From Eledone cirrhosa (Eukaryota): DNA of 64,000 bases. The translations under genes were made by a program, and so were the position numbers. The stretch covers positions 2,914,001-2,978,000 of the forward strand of contig OZ024752.1 of NCBI GenBank assembly GCA_964016885.1, read 5' to 3'. This document shows, one piece after another, positions 25,256-39,010 of the stretch. The notes under the pieces were generated by a model. The model saw only the letters and a program-made list of their open reading frames with translations. It was not told the origin of the DNA and searched no databases. The first letter of the stretch is position 1; the number at the start of each line of letters is the position of its first letter.

Positions 25256-25434
25256 GCAGTATCGGTAGAGGGTCGGACGCCATGCTTTGACGCATAGAGT
25301 TACGGCCCTTGCTATTCTGAGTTCAAATCCCGCCGAGCTTAACTTTGCCTTTCATCCTTACAGGGTCGATAAAATAAAGTACCAGTAATGTACTGGATAA
25401 TTGCTGGCATTGTGTCAAAAGTAGAAACAATTAT
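25256..25434 (+). mobile_element. tRNA-derived SINE (octopus-type, Meta-domain-like core)
   Basis: A box gcagtatcgg, B box gagttcaaatcc, core aactttgcctttcatccttacagggtcgataaaataaagtaccag, tail gtagaaacaattat. Confidence 0.9.
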
Positions 25435-28400
25435 GTTTTTAGTCAGTGGCGAAGTGAGAGGTGGTTGTAACTAGAAAGACCACTGAAGTGAAATTATATC
25501 AAAGGGAAATAAGCCAGCTGATCAGGAAAGGGGTGCTAATAAATTTAACAGTTTGTTCGGGACGAGAGTTCAACACAGAACTGGAGAGCGAATATATAGC
25601 GTGAACGAAAAAGAAGAAAGGCTTGACAGGGACAAAGTATATACTACATAGAATAGATGAATACATGGGAACAAAGAAACAGAAAATAAAAGAGAAAGCT
25701 TGAGAAGCGAAGCAGAGATAATCAGGGTGAAATCCAGAAACATATGGGAAAAGAAATATGGTAAAGGAATATGTTAGTAAGAGATCAAGAGAGGGGCCGA
25801 TATAAATATATGAAAAGGGAAAGCGAGAGGAGTGGATATGTCTATATACAGAAATGAAGTGAGAAAGTGAACGTATGCAAATGAGATAAGAAAATAAATA
25901 TAGATAATCAAAGAAAGCGATAGTTTCAAATATATTGAGGCAATGATAGATAGGATGAAATATACAACGAGAAATATATAGATTGATAGATAGAGAAACC
26001 CCAGGCAATAAAATTATTTAATAACTTCTAAAGATCTCATAAACCATCTCTCGTAAGAGTAGTTGGTAAGAGAATAACATTCTGAAGAACGAAAAAGTGA
26101 TCATCTTTGTTTTTGGTATTTTTTTTTTGTACAAAATATTTATAAAAAAAATAGAAGAACGGAGAAGAGTTTATGGTAAGAAATATGTGCAAAAGCAGAA
26201 TGAAATTTGTAGTTTTCTTCATCATCTCCCTTGAATTTTATGAGCATTTTTTTTCAATAATCTTCCCTTTTCATAGATTTCATCATTTCTTTTTTTATAT
26301 ATAATACTAAAGCTTACACACCAATATTGAATAATCAAAGAATATATAGTGAATAGATAATGTTTTTCTTCTTTTTATATCTTCATATAGCCATTATCTT
26401 CTGAGCTTTCATCTTATAATACAGTTCTCAGGACACATACGCAAATCAAAATAAAAGAAATATGTCTATAAAAGAAACAAGTAAGGGAGCGTGTGGGGTA
26501 AGGCAGGGCATTATAAATAGAAAGAATTAACAAACACAGTCTAACAGAGAAATCAGTATGTATTTGTATTATCCATAGAAAAGGCGGAAGCATTGAAAAT
26601 TTCCATTCTGTTCCCCATCATTAATTTGCTGTATATTTTTCATGTTTACTTCTGTGTGTGAGAGAGTGGGCTTTTTTGTTATTATTTAGTTTCGAAATCA
26701 AGCCAATTTTCTGCAACGCTCTACAACATTTCAGCATGAACGAATGGGTAGTGGACACAAGTCTTTCCTTGCTCCTATCATCATTACTATAGTCTGACGA
26801 ACAATGTAGCAAGTATGAAGAAAGGCTGAAGTGACCATACAGAGTTTTGTGTAACATACGTGTCCCTTTCAGTTGGTCTTTAATAAACGTTGAAAGACTG
26901 ACATAGAGAGGAAAATATAAAAAAAGAAGAGATGATAGAATCAGGCAAGTAAATAACGCAAGAGAGAGTGAAACATAGATCAATAGATAGGTAGAGAATG
27001 ATGGATAGAAATGAAAAGAGCGTAACAGAAAAAGAGAGCGAAGGGAATGAGGTTAATATCAAAGCAATAATATTATTTTCTTTGATCTTAAGGGTTAGCT
27101 TCAACTAGTATCATTAAACAAAAACTACTAAGCAAAATACCAATAACAACAACACCAGCAACACACACAATGTCAGTCACAAAAATAAGTCTATTCAAGA
27201 GATCTAAAAATGTTTACAGCCACAAAAAGCACATTTGCGAATCGCATTTGAATACATATTTATAACCATCGGAGATATATTATTGTGCCTGTCTACGGTA
27301 AATAGAATATTCATGTATTTACATGCAATTTAGTCATCAATGATTATTGGATAAAGAATAGAAAGCAATACACACACACTCATACACACATACACACACA
27401 TAAGGAATATAGATTCAGGAAACATGTGTGTATAGAGATGAGAAAAACAAATTTGGTGTTATGACTAACATAATAGATTTCTGCACAGTCTAAAAACGGT
27501 ATATTATATGGAAATAGTGAAAAAAGAAAGGTTATTTCATCCCTATCTTGTATCTTATTACATGTTTAATAATTATATACATGAAATATAGTTAGGTATG
27601 TGAGTCAGTATTTGCTGTACCAAGTAGTGTCACACAACACTGTAATTCTCTAATAAAACATTGATTTCTAATTGAGACATAATACCAGCAATTTTAGTGG
27701 AAGAGTGATTTGATTACATTGACTCCAGTACATCACTGTATGCTAGTGTTATCATCATCTCAAATCTTGGATCAAATAGACCAATGTGCTAATGAATGGA
27801 CCACCCTTCCCTTATTTGTAATGCTATCTGAATTATTGATACATACATAAAAAAATAATAATTGGTTTTTCTTTTTATAAATATTGTATCTTCAAGAAAA
27901 TGCTAGATGTGAACACTTAAATTAAAAACCGCACTCATACACAGAATGGTGACGAGAAACAGAGGTTCAAAACTCGGACCATGCAAAAACCAAACACGTT
28001 TCATAAAATGTATGGCAACTGACGAGAAACACATTGATGGAAGAAGACTAAATATTTGTTCATTAAAACATAAATGACAATGACATAAATACACGCCGAC
28101 GCACGAAACATAATCACATATAAAAACACACACGCACACACACAGACATACATACACACATGTACATACGCACAACGGACGTGGAAATAAATAATATTTG
28201 TAAGCGGGCGGTTCCCCAGTTTAGGTTGCGAAACAAAACATGTTAACATTGAACATGGTCCAAGATATGCAAAAAGGATGAACAAGTGTTTGTGAATACC
28301 AAATTACGGGGAGAATTGGTAGTTGGAAGAAGATATTAAATACCATACGTTGAGTAAGGTAATCGCTAATCAAGCCATGTCTAAAGTAACTGAAGGCAAA

Positions 28401-28562
28401 CAAAAGTTGCAAAGTGCAAGCAGACTTCAATATGTCAGCCTTATTATTTGGGGCGAAGAAAAATCAAGTCTTGTGATTTTGAGCAATTCACAGGATGGGA
28501 TATCAATCAATAAACGTAATGAAAGCTTAACAAACCGTCCTTGTATTATAATTATTGTTAAA

Positions 28563-28975
28563 GAGGCGGAAGAACAGGCAGTTTTCATCTGTCTGTTGGC
28601 CATGGCGAAAGATATTGTGTGGTGGACAAGGTTGAAAGGGTTGAAGACGGACACTTTCTTCTCCGGCCAATACCTGATTAACTTGTTGAAGTTTCACTTG
28701 AAGAGGAAAGTCAGGGTGGAGAGGCAAGTGTTGTCTTCTAGTAAGTTTGTTGAAAGGTGGGTAAAAGTGGCGAGTCTGTTCCGAGTGAACGGGCCTGCCC
28801 TGAGTATACGTCTGAGGAGTGGGAAAATTGAGATAGGGCGCTTGCCCTGGTGGCCAGGGTGTCCGTGGTCACTTGTGTGGCTTTCACCACGAGTGACCCT
28901 TGGAGATTTCCCCCATATGGGGGAATTTTTGTTGTTTAATGTTTTTGAGATTTCTAGCCCGATTTTGTTATAACC
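28563..28975 (+). mobile_element. 3' fragment of an L1/Tx1-like LINE ORF2
   Basis: GC-richer block encoding EEQAVFICLLAMAKDIVWWTRLKGLKTDTF...KFHLKRKVRVERQVL...FVERW, resembling Tx1-type C-termini (AK..IW..R), followed by a UTR-like tail. Confidence 0.55.
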
Positions 28976-29502
28976 TGTTTACACGACCAAAACCAACTTT
29001 GTATCGTCTTGTACAGGTTCCGTGTCTCTACGAGGGAGTAGAATGGAAAGTCATGACTATAATTCAGTTTGAATAATTCTAATACTAAGTAGTAGTTGGG
29101 GTGGATGGCTCTTCTGTACTAATGAGCTGGAATTCAGAGATAATGATCCGACAAAAAAAAGCTGCATTCCTCTCTCCATCAAATAGGAATGTCATAGACA
29201 TAAAGTCTTGTTCTGGTGTAGCATCGCCAGTAGTACCACTGATGTTTGTTCTAAACACGATAGGAATATTCCGACAGACCCTTGATCACAGAAACGAAAA
29301 TCGAGACCTCCGCCCTCCCCACTAACCAAATGTAGAAGGATGATGAAGAGATGATACATACATAAAGATAACATATTCTGATTTAGTGAGCCTTGAAGAA
29401 AATAAAATAAAATACAACGCAACTGAAGAATTTTGGCAGTCATACATTTTTTAGTCACATGCACATATTTGTAATATACAAATGCTCCTTTTGGCAAGAT
29501 AG

Positions 29503-29612
29503 TCGAGGTTAACTTTGCCTTTCATTCTTACGGGGTCGATAAAATAAAGTACCAGTAATGTACTGGGTATTTGCTGGCCTTGTGCCTAAAGTAGAAACAA
29601 TTATTATTATTA
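29503..29612 (+). mobile_element. 5'-truncated SINE
   Basis: Core and tail match the SINE family at 25256; ends in (att)n. Confidence 0.88.
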
Positions 29613-30140
29613 TTGTTATTATTGATGTTGCTTGTGTTGTTCTTGTTCTTATTCTTGTTGATAATGATGTTGACGACATTGACAATGTCCCTTTTGTGAT
29701 ATCAGTGTTAAAAAAAAAATTCCCGAATTTGTCAAGATTTCTGTCAAATATTCATTCATAGAAACCAAAAAAAAAACGTGAAAGAAAACGTAGAAAAATT
29801 GTAAAAAAATTGGTGAGAAAATAATAAAATATAATTAAGAATTGATAGAAAAGCAAGAAAAGCGATTAAGATATTGCGTGTCAGATGTTCACGTTTCCAC
29901 AAAAACGAGGAATTTATGTTGGGATTAAATCCATCCGCAAGAAATCTATGTGCAGATTACGTTCAGACACTGGCTTTTGGCTAGTTTCAATGTTATCAAG
30001 AATTTAAAACAGTATTTGTCCACCCACTCACCAAGTTTCAGCATAGACCATATATATATATATTATTATTTGTATTGGTGTAAATGGTGAGAAAAATCGG
30101 TTAATGCAAATATATGTATTTTTCCTAATCGAATAATAAA

Positions 30141-30328
30141 ATAATTGTTTCTACGTTTGGCACAAGGCCAGCAATTATCCAAGTGTATTACTGGTACTTT
30201 ATTTTATCGACCCCGTAAGGATGAAAGGCAAATTGAACCAAAGCGCGATTTGAACTCAGTCCGTAAAGGTAGATAACTGTGCTGCAAGCAAGGCGTCCGA
30301 CCCTCTACCGATACTGCCAATCCACCGC
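30141..30328 (-). mobile_element. tRNA-derived SINE
   Basis: Reverse complement of the full SINE, including ccgatactgccaatccacc. Confidence 0.9.
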
Positions 30329-30460
30329 GCTTAATAAAATAAATCGTTATTTTCTATAAGAACTCTTTACACTGCAACTTCTCCGACTACACAAATAAAT
30401 ATATAATATCTATACTTATAAGATAAAACAAAGAGCTATTCATTATTATTTAATGGAACG

Positions 30461-30652
30461 TGGTGGATTGGCAGTATCGGTAGAGATTCGGATGCTATGC
30501 TTTGAAGCATAGAGTTACCTCCCTGTATGGTCTGAGTTCAAATCCCGCCGAGGTTAACTTTGCCTTTCATCCTTCCGGGGTCGATAGAATAAAGTACCAG
30601 TAATGCATTGGGGTATTGCTGGCCTTGTGCCAAAAGTAGAAACAATTATTAT
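30461..30652 (+). mobile_element. tRNA-derived SINE
   Basis: ggtggattggcagtatcggtagag...gagttcaaatcccgccgagg...gtagaaacaattatt. Confidence 0.92.
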
Positions 30653-30819
30653 TTAATGGAATATATGTATATTGCCATATATATTCCTTCGACAAGGCAA
30701 AATATTATATGTAGCATGTATGCCACGCACATAAAACGAACACATTAATCTAAAAAACACACAGGTACAGACACTCTATCACACACGTGTACAAACAGAA
30801 ACACACACACACACACACG

Positions 30820-30911
<92 letters not shown>

Positions 30912-30952
30912 TTCAAAATATTAACATAAATAGAACTTCTTGTGATCAAGTA

Positions 30953-31019
30953 TATTTTATTATACATATTTCAGAGGTACTGAGCTAACTTCAACAGCAC
31001 GTCATCATCAGATAAAATA
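30953..31019 (-). ncRNA. Minimal type I hammerhead ribozyme in a ~170-bp element bounded by (TA)n (30908-31080)
   Basis: Minus strand: TATTTTAT CTGATGA tGAcGTGCTG...CAGTACcTCt GAAA tatgta TA ATAAAATA. Confidence 0.78.
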
Positions 31020-31076
31020 AGATGATGCATGACATACCCTGACATAGTAGATGGTTAAGATCCAGTCATGGTAGGC

Positions 31077-31107
<31 letters not shown>

Positions 31108-31448
31108 AGAATTAAAATACTAGAGTGTGTTGGAGTTAAACACCCTCTTCATATTATAGAAATGACAGTAAAGGTATAGCTCAATGTAATTAAACAGAGC
31201 CGAAGAATTATGAAAATAAACTAAAGAAGCCTTCAATACATCAAAAGTCTTTATATCAACACTTGTGTTTAGCTTTAGTTTTTGCATTGTACTATATTTG
31301 TAATATGGTTCAAAATGTTATTCACTTCCTTAGCAATTTTTACTTGATAATTTTTACATGATAATTGTCCTATGCTTTAATGTATATATACTCCATATTC
31401 TTCTGAGATTTTGGCTTGTATTGGCCGATAGTGATTCTTATAGCTTTC

Positions 31449-31490
31449 TTGCCCTGATGAGTCCTTAATAGGACGAAACATTGTTGGCTA
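31449..31490 (+). ncRNA. Minimal type I hammerhead ribozyme (canonical core) in a fold-back element 31208-31537
   Basis: GCC CTGATGA GTCCT-taat-AGGAC GAAA cattg TT GGC. The tail 31491-31537 is inverted at 31208-31254 and ends in (TA)n. Confidence 0.85.
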
Positions 31491-32664
31491 ATAAAGACTT
31501 TTGATGTATTGAAGGCTTCTTTGGGTTATTTTCATAAATATATATATATATGGTTTCAACAATGAACATGCATTTCTATCATTATAATTCTCATTATGAT
31601 AATTTAAAATGTAACTGATATAATTTGTTTACACGAATATGTGATGAGAAATGCAAACGATATGTTTTTTGTTGCTTCAAAACAAGGGAAACGCTTTTCT
31701 TTCAATGTTTTTAGTCTTTAACTGCCGTCAACTTATTTTGTCGACCGTTTTGCCCGGAAGTGAGAGGTTACGATAAGTTAGTTTAAACATTGTTGATAAT
31801 TGTTTAAATTCACAAAATCCCATTTAGATTTGGAATACTTAATGTTTGAACAAACCTACACATATATCTTCCTAATAGAACACAAAAGTCAAAATATTTT
31901 CCTGATATAAGTAAGAATTAAGGCGTTATATTAAACACGCTTGAGCATATATGTGCCAAATAAGGTGTGATCAACATTAATACATAAAATTCCAATATAT
32001 TATTAATTCAATATTTCTAGCTATGGCCCAAGTTAATATCATTTGATAATCTAGTTATATTTTGCAGATAATTACATAAAATATCCTGTGGAATTATCCG
32101 GCGATCAATTGTTTAAATTACAGGAGAAATCCATTACTACAAAATTTATTAGTTCTGAATTAATAATTTTTTGATTTATTAAATTAATTCGAAAAATATT
32201 TATTGAAAAATGTTATCCGATCGTAAATATGTGCTGCTGTTATTTAGTAGTTTAATAAGAAACTACTCAAATATATGCAACATGTCAAATCCTCTTGAGA
32301 ATTGTGGCATGTAAAGAGTAATTTCAGAGTATCACTCAACAATACTACTTGGAGTATTTTCTGAAGTTAAATCCTTTGTTAATGTTGATACATTAATATT
32401 AACGTTGATCTACATCAATATCTGCTTCATTGTATCCGACACGTTTACTGTAACGGCAGCATCAACTGTGTTACTTGTAGCCAACAACATTTCAATCTCT
32501 TCATAGTTTATTGCTCGCTAACTCTGATCTATCGACAACATTCCAAACCTCATTCCCTTGCCGTGTGGGGTGGACATCGTCAAATCGGACAAGGGAAACA
32601 AGGTTTCCATAAGTCTGTCCATTGCTGTTACTATCTACTGGTCGCAACACGCAGCAGAAGGAGC

Positions 32665-32780
32665 AATGTGAAATAAAGTGTCTTGCTCAAGGACATAACG
32701 CATCATATGGTCCGAGAATTGAACTCACAAACTCACGATTGCGAATCCACCTCTCTGACCATTAAGCCACGTGCCTTCAC
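32665..32780 (-). mobile_element. tRNA/CORE-like SINE 5' part (second SINE family)
   Basis: Minus strand: gtgaaggcacgTGGCTTAATGG...GAGTTCAATTCtc...gtccttgagcaagacactttatttcacattgctcc. Confidence 0.75.
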
Positions 32781-32981
32781 GCGCCTTATAATCAAAGTCA
32801 ATCTGGTTCAAATGAATGAGATTGATTTTGATTATCATTTAGTTAGATTGAAATTCTCGAAGTTTCATTTTGGTAATTACACAGTAACACTTGCATGTTG
32901 AAGATAATGTAATTGTTTCAATTGACCAGTAGAAAATAACAAAAGATGTGTTCAATGTAATTCCACAGCCCATATGAATAC

Positions 32982-32982
<1 letters not shown>

Positions 32983-33012
<30 letters not shown>

Positions 33013-33067
33013 CTTCTTCTTCTTCTTCTTCTTCTTCTTCTTCTTCTTCTTCTTCTTCTTCTTCTTC
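32983..33067. repeat. (CTT)n microsatellite
   Basis: Directly visible; explains the poly-Leu ORF. Confidence 0.97.
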
Positions 33068-33647
33068 GTCGTTGTGATCGCGTTTTCACCCTGGATTGCC
33101 TGTCAGTTGCATTTGCCATTAAAATCTGTTTTGTTGTTTGTTCTTATAAATTCTAAACAGATTATCATAAATATATAATTTCGAACAAGAGATGTACCTC
33201 GAGCGAACTCTTGATCAGCGAGGTGCGTCTCTTATCGAGTAACGTAACTCTAAGTATCCTATGGAGATTCTAAATGTTATATATATAATTTTGTAAACAC
33301 ATCACGGGTACAAATATCTTTTCATACGACAACCTACACCGATTTCAGGAAAAGATAATGTTATTAACGATACGTGAGAAATCCCACTAACTGGAGTGTA
33401 ATTAATGTCACCTCATAGTTATATCTTTCAAAAGATTTAGCTGCAAATACTTACTCTGCGACATTTTGGAAGCACAGAGCTGTCTAAGAATCGGTACATA
33501 ATATTAGAAATATGTATGAATACACCCATTCCGTCCTAAAAAATGATGTAAATTCCATAAAACTTTTCGTACAAAATGGTTTTCGTTTAGCTCTAAATAT
33601 TAACGTTAACATCTGTATATATACATATGTCTATACTTATACACACA

Positions 33648-33768
<121 letters not shown>

Positions 33769-34636
33769 TACACACGCATGCTTATAAACATATATCAATT
33801 TGTATTGAGATAGACATTTCTGTTAGATATACACTTTGTGTGTATATGTGTGTATATATACATATATATATATATATTTACAAAAAATGTATATAACTAC
33901 ATATATACATATACATAAAAATGTGTTTGTTTGTGTGTGACTGTGTGCGTGATTGTGTTTTGGGCTACCTATATACCTACATACCTAAATGCATACATAC
34001 ATACAAATCTAGCTACCGAAATGGATTCTAAATGGAATGAAAAACTTCTAGTGGAACCGGTAATCCAGATTATACGATAATTATTATTTCTTTTGCGATT
34101 TATTATCATTATTGTGACACTAAATGGTTTTTCACTTTCACATATGATTGTTTCATAATGGCACAAAAAAATCATCTCAAAATAAGTAGATGTATGTTTA
34201 TCTTTATTTTAATAAGTAGATTACATCGCGTTTTTCCTTAATATATAGGTATAGGCTTAACTACGCAGTTAACAATTCACTATTACAACAAGGTCTCTCC
34301 CGGATCGATCTTACGCCAGGGAAATGTTGTCAGGCATCTACTATAGCCGCTTGTGAATCAATAACTTGTGAGGGAAATTTCGACGAAAACTGGTTAATAC
34401 CTTCTCTCCCCTCACTTTTCCATCTCTTTCATTCTATCTCTCTCTTATGATATATTGGACCGTGTTTTTACGTCTAGATTAGTATTAGTTAGATAATCAT
34501 TGTTGAAAGTTGGTGACATATATACATGATAATATTTATATAACCAAATACATGTGTTGACATATGCCGGAATGGTCAAAGTTCAATAAATAAAATCAGT
34601 AAAATAGTAAATTTCTCTGTCATTGGCTTTCTCTCC

Positions 34637-34721
<85 letters not shown>

Positions 34722-35007
34722 CCTCTCTCTTTCTCGTTCTCTTACTCTCTCCCTCTCTTTCTCTCATCTCTCTCTCTCACTATATATATATATATATATA
34801 CATACATACACGTGTGTATGTGTGTATGTGTGTGTGTATAGTGTGTATATTACACAGCCTACAGAAGCGGGTATATGTTTGACCATATATCAATGCGGTA
34901 ACTCGTACAATACATGCATTGCTATAGGATTTAGTTCCTTCTTCATAACTACAATACATTCTATAACGTTATTTACATATTGATTGATACACCTGTTTAG
35001 GTATATA

Positions 35008-35054
<47 letters not shown>

Positions 35055-35844
35055 GGGGGGGGGGGGGTTGAATGTGTGTCAATGTGTGTGTGTGTGTATG
35101 TGTTTGGGAGAGAGAGCGTGTGTTTATAGGGGAATTTCTACAATGTTTATATGAATGGTATTTATATGCATTGAGGGAGCACTAATTTTCAGTTTGCAAA
35201 TAAACGTAGGATGTCTTATGTTACTATTTGTATCAACCATTTTACATCATCTAATGGCCAGTTATATTCTTATATCAAATAATTCCTGTTGTAAGTTTAT
35301 TAATTGCAAATTAATATCCGCAATTAAACTTATTTTCGATATATAACGAGCGTAAATAGAAGTCTTTACCAGGTCACTCAACGTTGTATAAATTGTGCTT
35401 GATTTCCTCATAAATCGCAGGATACATTATCAAATTAAGGCACACTTTTTATAGGGCTGTATTCCTAGGCCTAATTCGATCAGCGCAGATTAAGGTTACA
35501 CAAAAACCACCGAGAGGTATGTCTATAATTTAAAGAGAAAATTATTGCACATTTTAAGGATTGTTCATTGTAGAATGAAAGATGAAATGTCCATCGTGTG
35601 TTTGAATGTATATATCTGAACAATGGATGGGAAGCCAATAAAGAATCATTTATAAATTAACACCACTCATAATCACTAACAACCAACACGCCTCGTAATA
35701 TTTAAAAGAATTAACATAGTTTAATGTTGTATTGAGTAAGCAGCATCTGGTAAATACGGTGGCAGGATAAGGATGGAGTGATCTCCATTTACTTTCATAT
35801 ATTCAAACAATGATCTTATGGTGGCACACATTTTATCAGCAATA

Positions 35845-35962
35845 CAATTGTTTCTAGTATTGGCACAAGGTCAGCAATTATCCCATAGCATGACTGGTAC
35901 TTTATTTTATCGACCCCGTAAGGATGAAATGCAAAGCAAAACTCGGTGGTATTCGAACTCAG
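35845..35962 (-). mobile_element. Partial SINE
   Basis: aattgtttctagtattggcacaagg...ttttatcgaccccgtaaggatgaaa...gaactcag. Confidence 0.85.
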
Positions 35963-36954
35963 ATCGTTATTATTTTATCAGCCAACAAATGGTCGGCCTT
36001 CAGATAAGATAATCGAACACACGAACTTAGAAAATAGAGACCATTATATTAACCAAAATAATCTCAAAAACGTATCTAATTTTATTAAGGACATTTCGTC
36101 TCAGATCTTTCGATATCTAATATGACCTTAGTGCATTGTGGAAAACCAAGCAATAATTCACTTATTTTGACATTGTTAAAATTTTGCACAACGTTCAATG
36201 AATTTCACATTTTTATATTATTTTACCTCTATCTTGCTATTATTGCATTTGCCATCATCATGTGATATTATTGTTTGACAATTATCTTTTATTTGTCTGT
36301 TAGATCAAACAAGAAAAAAAAAACAATTAAACATGATAGAAACTGAAAGTGTTTGAAGCATCGTGGATGAAGGAAAAGTGAAATCTTAGTATAACATATA
36401 AAACAAGTTCAAGATATACACAAGCAGATCATATCTAGAGGGGAGACAGTGATTAATGTGATAAATTATAGCAATAGGAATCAAGAACTATAACAACAAT
36501 AATAATTATAATTACTAGCAGAAAAACCACCCTTTGATTGGTTTTCTGCCAACATGTGTAGTATACGTAAGTATATATACATGTAGATATGATACATCAA
36601 CTAAAATCGTAATAGACAATATAAACAGAAAATGAACAAAGACGTTGTTACACTGTCTTATGTAATCAGTAACGTAATACATGATATATAAAAAAAGACG
36701 ATATTATATATAAACTGCATTAGGAGAAAATTAGTATGTTTATTTAAGTGATCGCCAGTGGAAGTGTTGACATCAAACACTCTCTCTTTCTATATATATA
36801 TGGTAGTTGAAGTGGTGGTGGTGGCAACAATATACCAGAAATGCAACTTTGAAAAGAAGTCAATTTTAAATTATTTATTTTTAGGAAATTATTTTTGTTT
36901 ACGAAATTTAGTAGATAAATTATGTAATATTCATTCATTATGTATTCAAATCCA

Positions 36955-37095
36955 ACATAGTTACGTCCCTTTACGATCTGAGTTCAAATCCCGCCGAGGT
37001 TAACTTTGCCTTTCATCCTTACGGGGTCGATAAAATAAAGTACCAGTAATGCACTGGGTAATTGCTGGCCCTGTGCCTAAATTAGAAACAATTAT
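36955..37095 (+). mobile_element. 5'-truncated SINE
   Basis: catagttacgtccctttacgatctgagttcaaatcccgccgagg...tagaaacaattat. Confidence 0.9.
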
Positions 37096-37390
37096 TTATT
37101 CAAAGTAATCAAATTTATTTTAATAACAGGATAAAAATAAATAAACCGTACGCAGTCCCGCAGACCTTCCTTTAATATAGTTTAGATTAGCACATTTGGC
37201 GCAAGGCCAGAAATTTGAAGGGAAGAGAAAAGTCGATAACATCGATCCTATTATATTGCTGGTACTTTATTTACTAAACCAGTATGTATGGAACGCAGAG
37301 TTGGAATTTGTAATCTGAAAGTCGTAACAAAGTACAACAATGCATTTTGTTCAATGTCTTACCGATGCTACCAGTCCAACGTCCACAAAA

Positions 37391-37580
37391 ATAATTGTTT
37401 CTACTTTTGGCACAAGGCCAGCAATTATCCCAGTGTATTACTAATGATTTATTTTATCGACCCCGTAAGGATGAAAGGCATAGTTAACCTTGGCGGGATT
37501 TGAACTCAGACCTTAAAGGGCCGTAACTATATGCTGCAAAGCATCGCGAACGACCCTCTACCTGTACTGCCAATCCACCA
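37391..37580 (-). mobile_element. tRNA-derived SINE (next to an older minus-strand SINE relic at ~37190-37380)
   Basis: Full reverse-complement copy ending tactgccaatccacc. Confidence 0.9.
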
Positions 37581-38789
37581 CCCAACGTCCGTCCCTAAAA
37601 ATAATATTAAATTGTCTTCAGTGGGATTTGAATATAAATGAGGTACGTATATTAATATTGCTACCTATGTTTATTCATATTGATGCTGTTGGTGATGAAT
37701 AGGAAGGAGATGAGATGATGCCAGTTAGCTATGAAAAGATATCATACACCAATGACTAATATGATTTAGCAAGCTGCGCTGTATTCAATTGAGTTTATCT
37801 TTGTCGAAATGTACGATTTTCAATAATTTATACATTATTTAAATCTTTTCTTAACACTGTTATTTTCTCCCATCTTAGCTTACTTATCCAACAAGAAGTT
37901 AAATGCTGAATGGTGTGGCGTGTTTATCGTATAGCATGATATGGCTCAGCATAGAGCGTAATAATTTGTATCAGATTAAAAACTTTAGAAAGTCAATAAG
38001 AATAAGTCGCCTGCTAAGAACTATATTGATTTAACAGCAGTTGCTATGCAATGTAAACGCATGGTAGATAAAGCAATCTCAACAAACTTTACACGCTAAT
38101 GTCTTAGACATTTGTCAGTCCCGAAATTCATTATATCTACCGTTTCTGAAGCCAGTCCTTTCTTTCTATAATCTATAAACACTCATGAATATATATTTCC
38201 CTTTTATATTCCATTGAAGCAATCCGGTCCCATATCGTAAGTCTCTAACTTACCATCTATAATCAGCACATACTATCAACATATTCAATTAATTAACAGA
38301 TTTTTAGTTTTTCTCTTGCTTTCCTTGCTACTGCTATTTCTATTGTTTTCTTGTTGTTGTTGCTATTGTTGTTGCTGCTGCCGTTGTTATTGCTGTTGCG
38401 CACAATCAGTGGTTAATGATGGTTAAGCAGACAAAAGGCACATGTTTGTTAGTTAACTGCGTATTAACAGATCATAGGACTTGCTTGGAAATTGTTCGCT
38501 TTGGGGATTTTGTTGTACTTCATGAAATCCAAAATAACATTGCCGGACAAAATATGGAAATATCTGCAGCCGAAACATAGAAAAACCTCGGCAAACCCTA
38601 TTCAAGAAATACCTGCTAACTGGTATACTCACCGGAAATTTGAAAGCAGGCATTATAAGCCCTCTTCATAACCTAAGAATCAGAATGATGCTACATATTA
38701 TACGTGACCTCAGATATGAACCTACGTATCATTTATCTTATGGTACCAAACATCAGAAGGATACATAAAACGTTGCTGCTGAAAAAACG

Positions 38790-39010
38790 ATTACCTACTA
38801 ACTAACTACTAGTACTGCTTTCGTCCATGAAAAGGATCCGCTAAACTGCTTTTATAGCCTTGTGGCTGTATATTGTAATCACTGCTAAACCACTGAAAGG
38901 AGGATATCATATATCTCGACTTTGCAAAGACTTTCGAAATAGTTTATCATGGAATAATGTTACTAACTACTTAGAATCGGCAGAATTGGAAATCTAGGGG
39001 GAATGTTTTA
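38790..39010 (+). mobile_element. Highly decayed CR1/L2-like RT relic
   Basis: tatctcgactttgcaaagactttcgaaatagtttatcatgga = YLDFAKTFEIVYHG (cf. YLDFAKAFDKVPH), preceded by YCFRP (cf. QHGFR). Confidence 0.4.

Noticed and set aside
25256-25335. tRNA-like A/B boxes
   Set aside because: SINE heads with no cloverleaf; not tRNA genes.
25499-26008. 169-aa hydrophobic minus-strand ORF
   Set aside because: Derived from purine-rich low-complexity sequence; no ATG start or motif.
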